Shown piece by piece: positions 1 to 12,061 of a stretch of DNA of 64,000 bases. The notes below the pieces were generated by a model. It was not told the DNA's origin. It did no database searches and saw nothing but the letters and a program-made list of their open reading frames with translations. Numbering within the stretch: position 1 is the first letter of the stretch; each line of letters starts with the position of its first letter. Source of the stretch: Malacoraja senta (Eukaryota); the NCBI GenBank assembly GCA_038087875.1, contig JAXLNO010000364.1, positions 62,001 to 126,000 on the forward strand, read 5' to 3'. The translations under genes and the position numbers were made by a program.

Positions 1-2865
<2,865 letters not shown>

Positions 2866-2916
2866 GTTGCTCCGCTCGCGTGGTTCTCGAGACTGTGACG
2901 CGCCGCGCCGCTCCGG

Positions 2917-3096
2917 TATTTATACGGCCCCCGGGATAGAACGCTGGCATTCGGCAAACGCGCGCCGATTGGTCAATGAGAACAATGACCTTGGTTGCCA
3001 CAGGAAACAAACATAGAAGGTTCCAAGGCGCTCATTGCTGAATAATCCACAGTGTGAGACGTAGAACAATGGACCTTCAGTGACGCAATCCATTGT
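2917..3096 (-). promoter_or_regulatory. Alpha-tubulin promoter, copy 1: TATA, CCAAT, RFX X-box-like, SOX and CRE-like motifs
   Basis: TATAAATA on minus strand at 2917-2924, ~55 nt upstream of the ATG; CCAAT 2968-2972; AACAATG 2981-2987; GTTGCCACAGGAAAC 2994-3008; AACAATGG 3065-3072; TGACGCAA 3081-3088; CCATTGT 3090-3096. Confidence 0.7.
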
Positions 3097-3829
3097 CTGC
3101 CTTCACCTCCCAGATTCCAATCTATCAATTACAGCTGGAAATTAAAGTATCTGACCACATCCCTCCAAATGATAACTAGCGCCAACTATTTGACTTCTTA
3201 AGCCCATGCAATCAATTTAGCCACTTTACCAGTGGAAAAATTGCTGTAGATCACAGCGGATGTGACGTTAATCCCACGCATCTCTCCATTAATCACTTTA
3301 TAATCCGGGATCTCCGGTCTATCATCGCAATGCCTAAGATCAATTATTATTGATTTATTACCATCACGTGCGCTGCAAAAAAAATGTCAGTCGTACTAAA
3401 TGGGCAGATCACATAACTCCTCAGTATATCTGATATTGCAACACGAAAAAAATGAGCAACGTGCAGAGTATAGTGTTACATCTAGAGTATAAAAATAACA
3501 TTTTTATTTTCAAGTATGAGGACCAGAGGAAGGTAGCACATGAGAGGTCTGCTGGGACAAACTGTCCCTGAATCAGGTGGTACGTTCTTTCATGCTTTGG
3601 TACACGCTGTCCAACAGAAGTGGAGAGAAGAGTGAATGACCGTGGCTTAAGGTATGGAGGGTGTGGGGTGTGGGAATGGCCCGTGATTGTGACGATGACA
3701 TGCAATTAGATTCCAAATGATGAATCACTGATTAATAAAGTGCCATTGAACATATTGATTGATTGAAAGATGTACTCTACAAATTTGATGACGTGCAGTC
3801 CATCAGAACCCCAGCAATCTCCAATTTCG

Positions 3830-4937
3830 CTTAATAGGGGGGCGCTGACCTGTGTGCGGCTGCCCAGCCAACAGCTGCTGTGCTTTTCTCCTTTTTTAAT
3901 TTTAGTCAGTAAAGTGTTTTGTTTTGGAGGTCTAGACTTTTTTGTGTGGGGGGGTGGGGGGGTGGGGGGGAGGGGGGGGGAACTACCTTTCAGGGTCTCT
4001 ACCTGGCCGGAGAGGCAGCTTTTCTCCGGGCTGCAGCTTCGACCGGTCCTCGCGGCCTACCAGCGGGCCTGGAGCGGAGTCTCCTGTCGTGGACCGCCCA
4101 GAACCTCGGCTTCGGCGGCGGCACAGCGCTGGAGCGCTATCGCGGAGCGGGCGATTCCTTGCCCGGGTCGCCGCGCTGGAGCTCCGGTGAGCTGAGGATC
4201 GCTGGAGAAAACATCGCGGAGCTGCGGGACTGTGGAGCGACCAGCTGCGGGCGGCGGCGCTGAACTTTACATCGGGAGCCTGGGATCTCTAGATGAGATT
4301 GCCAGTTGTGGAGCTCCACCCGGCGCGGCCTTGTTGGCTTCCGAAGCCGCGGCCCCCAGTGCGGAAGCGGCCGTTCCAGTGTTCCCAGCCGCTGGGAGGA
4401 CTCTCCCGACACCGGAACAACATCACCCGGCGAGAACGGCCTGGAACATCGGGCCTCCGTGGAGGCAACTGTGGAGGCCTAAATGGGCCCGACTATGGGT
4501 GAACTGGTATTGGGGACTGGACTTTGTGCCTTCCCTCATGGTGGGAGCCATTGTGGGGGGTTGTTCAGTGTTAAGACTATCTTGGTGTTATGTTTGTATT
4601 CTCTTCTCTTTTTTGTGTGCTGATAAATGGCAAAAAGCATTTCACTTCACTACACCCGGGTGTATGAATGAATGAATGAATGAATGAATGAATGAATGAA
4701 TGAATGAAAACTTTATTGTCATTCAGATATACACCTATACACAGTGCACCTAGAACGAAATTTCGTTGCATTTGACTCTCCAGTTTTTTTTTTTTTTTTA
4801 GAAGTGTCGATATTTAAAAAGTTCTAGCCTCGGTTTAATTGATTGTTCAATAATCTTATGGCCTGGGGGATGAAGCTGTTGCAGTGAATGTGAATGTGAC
4901 AAATAAAATATCTTGAATCTTGAAATCTTGAATCTTG
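3830..4937 (+). mobile_element. ~1.1 kb GC-rich non-autonomous retroposon with (AATCTTG)n tail, unique to unit 1
   Basis: Absent at the paralogous site in units 2-4 (CCAATTTCGTTATG; a diverged empty site in unit 5). Flanked by 7-bp TSD AATTTCG (3823-3829, 4938-4944). Ends AATAAAATATCTTGAATCTTGAAATCTTGAATCTTG. Confidence 0.85.
4665..4883 (-). mobile_element. 5'-truncated Rex1/Babar-like LINE 3' end nested in the 1.1 kb element
   Basis: Minus strand reads CNSFIPQAIRLLNNQLNRG* (4883-4824), resembling the NSFFPQAIRLLN C-terminus of Rex1/Babar ORF2. It is followed by AATAAA (4717-4712) and an 11-copy (TTCA)n tail (4708-4665). Confidence 0.7.
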
Positions 4938-4984
4938 AATTTCGTTATGATGAATCAAAAAGGATATCACATTGATGGCTTTAT

Positions 4985-6498
4985 AGAGTCATAGAGTGAT
5001 AGAGCGTAGAAACAGTCCCTTCGGCTCAACTTCCCACACCGACCAACATGTCCCACCTGCCTGCCCTTGGACCATATCCATCCAAACGTGTCCCATCAAA
5101 CTTCCTTGTTAACTATTCCTTATACATTCGGATAGTCCCAGCCTCAACTACCCCCTCTAGCAGCTTGTTCCATGTAACCACCACCCTTTGTTTGAAAAGG
5201 TTACCGCTCAAATTCCTATTAAATCTTTACCCCTTCACCTTGAATCTATTGGTCCACGATGCCCCTACTCTGGGAAAGAGATTCTGTGCATCTACCCGAC
5301 CTGTTCCTCTCATGATTTGTAACACCTCTATACTATCACCCTTCATCCTCCTGCGCTCCAAGGAATAGCGACCCAGCCTACTCAACCTCTCCCATCAGCT
5401 CAGACCCCCTAGTCCAGGCAGCATCCGCGTAAATCTTCACTGATTGGCTGCCAGAGACTAGGGGGTCGGTGCTGTGGCCGCTGCTCTTCACGTTGTATAT
5501 CAATCATTTGGATGAGGGAATTGAATCCTTGGTGGGAAGTTTGGTGATGCTGCGAAAGTAGGTGGAGGGGCAGATAGTGTGGAGTTAGCAGCGACTCGGC
5601 CGAAGGATTTGGGCATGTTTGGAAATGGCAGATGGAATACAGCGCAGCAAATTGCGGAGACCGGCATTTTGATAGTTGGAATCAATCGAAGACTAATTTT
5701 TTTAATGTGGAGATAATTCAGAAATCTGAGGTGCAAAGGGACTCTGGAATGCTGATACAGGATTCCCAAAAATGTAATTTGCAAGTCGAATTGATAGTAA
5801 GGCAGGAAAATGCAATACAAGCATTTATTTGGGGAGGAAAAGAATATTTTTAAAAAACGGATGTAATATTGAGGCTTGAAAAGACACTGGTGGGCGCATT
5901 TGGGATATTGAGACCAATTTGGGATGCCATACAAACAAATGGGTTGCAGAGGCTATCGCGTGAAGGCAGGGGAATGGGGCTGATAGGGGAAGAATTACCA
6001 TCCACGATTAAATGGCGGAGTAAGCAAGAGTCATAGAGTGATAGAGTGTGGAAACAGGCCCTTCGGCCCAACTTGCACTCACGGGCCAACATGTCCCAGT
6101 TACCCCAGTCCCACCTGCGTGTGCTTGGTCCATATCCCTCCAAACCTGTCCTACCCATGTAGCTGTCTAACTATTTCTTGAACGTTGGGATAGTACCAGC
6201 ATCAACTAGCTCCTCTGGCAGCTTGCACCATACACCCACCAGCCTTTGTGTGAAAACATTAGCCTTCAGATTGCTTTTGAATATTTTCCCCTTCACCTTG
6301 TACTTATGTCTTCTGGTCCTCGATTCAATTACTTTGGGCAAGAGATTCTGCGCATCTATCCGATTTATTCCTCTCGTGATTGTATGCACCTCTACAAGAT
6401 CACCCCTCATCGTCCTGCGCTCCAAGGAATAGAGACCCACCCTACTCAACCTCTCCCGATAGCTCAGACCCTCTAGTCCTGGCAACAGTCTCGTAAAT
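4985..6498. mobile_element. Cluster of decayed CR1/HER1-like LINE fragments (minus ~4985-5440, plus RT fragment ~5455-5930, minus ~6028-6498); repeated in every unit
   Basis: ORF remnant FTRLLPGLEGLSYRERLSRVGLYSLERRTMRGDLVEV...TQRLVGVWCKLP is a typical CR1 ORF2 C-terminus. GSVL-PLLFTLYINHLDEG is an RT-motif remnant. Tails are CTCTATGA-like. Paralogues at ~23696-25208, 35698-37368, 48325-49981, 59167-61600. Confidence 0.85.
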
Positions 6499-6516
6499 GC
6501 AATAGTACAATTCATT

Positions 6517-6780
6517 TAGACTTTAGACTTTTGATTTTAAACTTGAGAGATACTTCGCGGAAACAGGCCCTTCGTCGATCAGCGATCACCACGTGCACTG
6601 GCACACTCCTAAACACTTGGGACAATTTTCAACTTTACCGAAATCAAACCTGTACGTCTTTGGAATGTGGGAGAAACCCGGACCACCGAAGAAAACCCAC
6701 AGGGAGAACATACAAACTCCGTACAAACAGCATCCGGAGTCCCGATCGAACCCGGTTCTCGGGCGCCGTGAGGCAACAAC
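6517..6780 (-). mobile_element. tRNA-derived V-SINE (HE1-like), split by a CR1 insertion
   Basis: Minus strand shows B-box GGTTCGATC, V-domain-like GGAGTTTGTATGTTCTCCCTGTGGGTTTTC...CCCACATTCCAAAGACGTACAGG, and a (TCTAAAG)n-like tail. The head remnant (plus strand TCTACCGATGCGTCAATGTGC) lies after the CR1 tail at ~16627-16647. Paralogues at 25227-25490, 37387-37651, 50000-50264, 61619-61884. Confidence 0.75.
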
Positions 6781-8481
6781 CTTGAAGGTCGGCCGGTGAA
6801 GGGGCGAGTGCGGAGGATTGGCTGCAGAATTTAAAGCCTTGGTGAGTTTTCAAGAGCGGGTCATTTAAAAACCGGTAACTAAATCTGTAAATTAGCTAAT
6901 TAGTTAAATGAATAGCAAATAAAAGTAGGGTTCGCTCTTGGTGGAGCGGCCTGTTGGCGTGAAGTGCCTTGGTGAGTAAGTGTGTGAGTCTTTGGCTCAA
7001 GGGCGTCTTGGTGAGTAAGGTGTGATTCTTTGGCTCAAGAGTCTTCGGCGAGAAGGCTGAAGGAAGGAATCTACATTAATCGAAATGTTTGATTTGTGAT
7101 TTTTAGTCCAGTAAAGAAATGGCAGAGTGGTAGAGTGTGTCGGGGAGAAGAGGAAGGATGTTCTGCACCGTGAGTTTATAGAGTTAGTAAGAAGATAGAA
7201 AAGCATGACTTCTGGGGTGGTTATCTCTGGATTGCTTCCAGTACATCGTGCTGGTGAGTACCGGAATAGGGAGATAGCGGATCTGAATGCGGGCTGAGGG
7301 GCTGGTGCAGCGAGCAGGGATTTAGATTCATAGACCACTGGGACCTATTCTGGGGCAGGGATTACCTCAACAAAAGGGACGGGTTACACCTTAACTGGGG
7401 CGGGACCGACATTCTGGCAGCCTGGTTTGCTGGTGCTACACCGGAGGGTTTAAAATAATTTGCAGGGAGGAAGTGTTGACAAATTGGAGATATAAGGATG
7501 GAGTGCAAGGTGAAGAGAGTACAGGAAAAGTTGCGAAAGACAACCGGATTAATGGGACGGAAATTTCAAGAAGGGATAGGAGAGTAAGGTCAGAGGAACC
7601 GGTTTGAGAGAGGAGGTGAATACCGAATTAAAAGTGTTACCGCGAACTATATGAAATAAAGTGGATGAGCTTGTGGCAACGTTAGAAATTGGTGAGTATG
7701 ATGTTGTGGGAATTACAGACACATGGCTGCAAGCGGATCAGAACTGGGAACTGAATATTCAGGGCTATGCGTCCTATTGAAAAGAAAGCCAGATGGGCAG
7801 AGGGGATGCGGTGGCCCTCGTTGGTAAGGAATGAAATTCAGTCACTTGCGAGTGGAGACATAGAGTCAGAAGACGTAGAGCCATTGTGGATGGAACTGCG
7901 AAATTGAACGGTAGAAAGACCCTAGTCCGTGTTATCTACAGGCCCCCAAACCGTAGCCTGGAGATAGGGTGCAAGTTGCATCAGGAGTTAAAATTAACAT
8001 ATAACAAAGATAATGCTACTGTGTTTATGGGAGATTTCATCATGCAGGTGGACTAGGAAAATCACATAGGTACTGGACCCCAAGAAAGGGAATTTGTAGT
8101 GTGTTTCCGAGATGGATTCTAAGAGCAGCTTGTACTGGAGCCTACTAGGTAGCAGGAAAAACTGGATTTAAAGTTATGTAATGAACCGGATTTGATAAGT
8201 GAGCTCAAGGTAAAGGAACCATTAGGAGGTAGTGGCCATAATATGATAAGTTTTAATTTGCAATTTGAGATATCGGAATTTGTAATATCGGAAGTGTCAG
8301 TATTCCAGTTGAACAAAGAGGACTATTGAGGGAGGAGCTTGCCATAGTTCACTGGAAAGGGACCCAAGAAGGGATGACGCTGGACGCTATATCTGAGAAT
8401 AATCCAGAAGATGCAGGATCATTTCATTCCAAAGAGGAAGAAAGATTCTAATGGGAGTAAGAGGCGACCGTGGCTGACAAG

Positions 8482-8627
8482 CGAAATCATGTGGTGGGAG
8501 ATTGCAACCTTCACGTGGTCCACCGTGTTTCGACAAATGCAATCAACCCGACGTGCACAAACAAGATCAAATAGAACAAGTTGACCTACAACTTTAGGCT
8601 GTGCACGCCATACGCAAGAAGAAGAAG
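8482..8627 (+). mobile_element. Short non-LTR 3' fragment with GCCATACGC(AAG)n tail (possibly Vingi/Ingi-like) nested in CR1
   Basis: Interrupts the CR1 sequence GGCTGACAAG|GGAAGTCAAGG. Ends GCTGTGCACGCCATACGCAAGAAGAAGAAG. Present in units 1-4 (also ~27190, ~39782, ~51231). The family assignment is from tail resemblance only. Confidence 0.55.
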
Positions 8628-8670
8628 GGAAGTCAAGGACAGTATCAACATAATAGAGAAGACGTATAAC

Positions 8671-8963
8671 TCAATTCTGATTTGCGAATTAAGGGACTAA
8701 AGTTTAGGGGGAACATGAGGGGGGATTTCTTTACTCCAAGAGAGGTAGCTGTGTGGAATGAGCTTCCAGTGGAAGTGGTGAAGGCAGGTTCGTTTTTATC
8801 ATTTAAAAATAAATTGGATAGGTATATGGACGGGAAAGGAATGGAGAGTTAAGTTCTGAGTGCAGATAGATGGGACTACTTGAGAGTAAGTGTTAGGCAC
8901 GGACTAGAAGGGCCGAGATGGCCTGTGTCCGTGCTGTAATTGTTATTTGGTTATATGGTTATA
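8671..8963 (+). mobile_element. CR1-family 3' fragment with (TATGGTTA)n tail nested in the host CR1
   Basis: Flanked by TATAAC on both sides. Carries a CR1-type 3' end (GTGTGGAATGAGCTTCCAGTGGAAGTGG...GCTGTAATTGTTATTTGGTTATATGG). Present in units 1-4. Confidence 0.7.
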
Positions 8964-10143
8964 ACACAGCAAATATGAGCGGGAAGCCAGAGGATTGGGA
9001 AACCTTTTAAAGAGGAACAGAAACTAACTAAAACGCTTCCTGCCGTAGATGAAGAAGAAAAAAAAGTTAAGACAAATGTGGATCCCTTGAAGACAGACAC
9101 AGTTGGATTTATTACGGGGAACAAGGAAAAAGGAAACGAGTTGAACAGGTACTATGGTTCTGTCTTCACTTCGGAAGTCAGAAACAATCTCCCATATGTA
9201 CTAGGGGACAGAGGACCTAGGTTATGGAGGAACTGAAGGAAATTCACATTAGTCAGGAAATGGTGTCAGATTCACTGATGGGACTGAAGGTTCATACATT
9301 CCCAGAGTCTGATGGTCTGCATTCCAGGGTACTCAAGGAGTTAGCTCTAGCAATCGTGGACGCCTTGGTGATAATGTTCCAATGTTCTATAGATTATGAA
9401 TCAGTTCGTGTGAAATTGAGGGTAGCTAATGTTATCACACTTTTCAAGAAAGGAGGGAGAGAGAAAGCAGGGCATTATAGACCAGTTAGCCTGACATCTG
9501 TGGTGGGGAAGTTGCTGGTGCCGTTTATTGGAGATGTAATAGTGGCGCATTTGGGTAGCAGTACCAGGGTCGGTCCAAGTCAGCATGGATTCACGAAGGG
9601 GATATCATCTTTGACATATATTCGCAATTTTATTTGAGGAAGTAACAAGTAAAATGGACAAGGGAGAGCCAGTGGATGTAGGGATTAACGGGTCCCTTTC
9701 AGAATGACAGGCAGTGACCAGTGGGGTAACGCAAGGCTCGGAGTTAGGACCGCAGCTATTTACAATGTATATTAATGATTTAGATGAAGGGATTACAAGT
9801 AACATTTGCAAATTTGCAGATGACACAAATCTGGGTGGCAGTGTGAACTGTGAGGAGGATGCTATGAGAATGCAGGGCGACTTGGACAGGTTGGGTGAGT
9901 GGGCAGTTGCACGGCAGATGCAGTTTAATGTATATAAATGTGAGGTTATCCACTTTGGTAGGAAAAACGAGAAGGCAGATTATTATCTAAATGTTGTCAA
10001 GTTGAGAAAGGGGGAAGTACAACGGGATCTCGGGGTCATTGTTCATCAGTCAATGAAAGTAAGCATGCCATGCAGGTACAGCAGGCAGTGAAGAAAGCGA
10101 ATGGCATGTTGTCCTTGATAACAAGATAATTGTGTACAGGAGC

Positions 10144-10728
10144 TGTTAGGCGCTCCCCCTCCTGGTCAATGTTATGTATCAACATTTCTCTGTTTCTTTC
10201 CCGAGCGCATGCCTCGTGGCTGTGAGTCTGGACATCAAGGGGTTAAAAGGATCCTGTACCCGATTGGCCAAGCTGCGTCAGGTGATGGGTGACTCATCTG
10301 AAGCATAAATACCAGAGTTCCCAGAATTCTCTTTTTTTTCTTGGACGCCCCTGCCTCGTGAGCTGATTGCTGGTGTGAGCTGTGGAAGGCCTGGCCACAT
10401 GGCATAGAACTTCGTGTAATTTCAACATTACGTAGTACCTAATATTGAATTCGGACGGACAAGGGTTGTCCTTAGAAGTTTTCCTTATTTTGTTTCAGGG
10501 ATAGATTTATTTTAGGCAGGTTTAGAGTCTCAGGTTCGACGGTCCATCGCGTGGCTGGCCTGAGCACTTTTAAGTTGTTTGTTAATCCATTCATATCCTT
10601 GTCTGGGTTGTTTGAATCAGGTTTGGGTTTTGGTGTGTTATTAAATAATTAAACTATTTTTGAACTTAAACCTGGCTTTGAACTATGTTACGCGGCTCTG
10701 GAATACCTGCTTTCGGGGAATCGTAACA
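10144..10728 (+). repeat. 5' LTR (585 bp)
   Basis: TG...CA termini. Contains ATTGG, TGACTCA and CATAAATA motifs and ATTAAA hexamers (10640-10653). Matches 15596-15998. Confidence 0.93.
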
Positions 10729-10731
10729 AAA

Positions 10732-10744
10732 TGGGGGCCCGTCC
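10732..10744 (+). other. Primer-binding site, tRNA-Pro type
   Basis: TGGGGGCCCGTCC lies 3 nt after the 5' LTR. It is a 12/13 match to TGGGGGCTCGTCC, the complement of the tRNA-Pro 3' end. Confidence 0.8.
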
Positions 10745-10900
10745 TAAGTTTTGAGGACCCTAGACGTTTTTTGGTTGTTTTTTTTTTGGTAGGCTTCTGG
10801 ACTGAGGAAGTCTGTGTGTGTTGAGAGGGAATTTTTTCTTCCCGGTTTGTGGTAGCATTGGTGCCCAGGGTTTAGCTAGTGGTTTGGTGCTATATTTGAA

Positions 10901-12031
10901 ATGGATTTTAAGGTGGAAGGGTTTGTTGAGACTCCTAGCCTAGAGAGGTTTCATCAACGTACTAAGGAAAATTTAGTGTTGCTTGCAGATAAATATGGCG
11001 TTGCTATTAATAAACAGGCAAACAAAAAGTCAATTAAGACGTTGTTATGGACTGCTTTGGTTGACCAAGGAGTGTTGCCTAGTAGTCCTGACAGTCATAA
11101 ATCTATACAGCCATGTCAGGACATGGAGGCAGTCATTAGGTTGAAGGAGATGGAGCTTGAGTCACAGAGAATGGCGTCCGCCTTAAAAAAAGGATGAACT
11201 CATGCATGTTCTTGAAATGAAACGGCTTGAGGAGGAAACCAAAAGGGCTGAGTTTCAGCTGAGGGAGAAAGAATTAGATACTTCCCGGTTATCTCCTAAA
11301 GAGCATGGGTTTGATGTGAGCAGAAATATTCGTTTGGTTCCACCGTTTAGTGAAAGAGATGTTGATAAATATTTCACTTTGTTTGAGCGTGTGGCTTTGT
11401 CCTTAAAGTGGCGTAAGGAAGTGTGGACCTTGCTATTGCAGTGTGTCCTTGTGGGTAAAGCACGGGAGGTGTACTCGTCTTTGTCAGTTGAAAGCAGTCT
11501 GGACTATGAGTGTGTGAAGATTACAGTATTAAGGGCTTATGAATTAGTTCCTTTGGCATACCGGCAGAAATTCCGGCGCTTTAGGAGTTTGATAGTCAGA
11601 CTTATGTGGAGTTTGCTAGGGAGAAGGAGGCACTTTTTGACAGGTGGTGCGCTTCTCAAGGAGTGAAGGATATTGGGCAACTACGGGCCTTAATGATTAT
11701 GGAAGACTTTAAGAACTGTCTCCCTGAGAGGGTTACTACTTACCTTAATGAGCAGAAGGTGAAAGAGGTGTCTAAGGCCGCGGTGTTGGCAGATGAGTAT
11801 GTATTAACTCATAAAACTGATTTTGTTGGGCAATCCAATAGCTTTGGTGCACGGCCGGTTGATCGTGGTGGGGTCGCCGGTGGCAGTGTCAAGGGTGTTT
11901 CTGTGCCTGCAAGTGGCAGCACGTTGATACAGGGGGAAGTCCGAGCTGATAAGGTTGACGGCAATTGGAGGACTAACGAAGGTACTGTGTGCTTATATTG
12001 TAATGGGAAAGGACACATTTTAAAGGCGTGA
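10901..12031 (+). pseudogene. gag: gag (coiled coil, capsid/SCAN-like domain, CCHC knuckle), frameshifted
   Basis: Three ORF pieces: 10901-11197, 11202-11666, 11606-12031. Motifs VPPFSERDVDKYFTLFERVA and MIMEDFKNCLPERV...AAVLADEY. The zinc knuckle CLYCNGKGHILKA ends in TGA where the last Cys is expected. Confidence 0.85.
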
Positions 12032-12061
12032 CCCGTTCTGAAGCAGAGAAATTCAAAGACT

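Noticed and set aside
3514..3651. Possible plus-strand exon (TTTTCAAG ... AAG|GTATGG) upstream of each gene
   Set aside because: Stops in all three frames and no partner exons are visible. A non-coding exon cannot be excluded without RNA data.
3421..3705. 94-aa ORF MHVIVTITGHSH... recurring in units 1, 2, 3 and 5
   Set aside because: Recurrence is explained by recent duplication. It is broken in unit 4, frameshifted at the end in unit 5, and has no domain similarity I recognise.
3770..4675. Ala/Arg/Gly-rich ORFs in the GC-rich inserts (also 17326-18257)
   Set aside because: Stop-poor GC-rich sequence, and the frames are not conserved between the two family members.
12029..12031. Programmed readthrough stop between gag and pol
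   Set aside because: The TGA replaces the final Cys of the zinc knuckle, so it is a simple nonsense mutation. The TAG at 14315-14317 likewise interrupts the linker just before RT.
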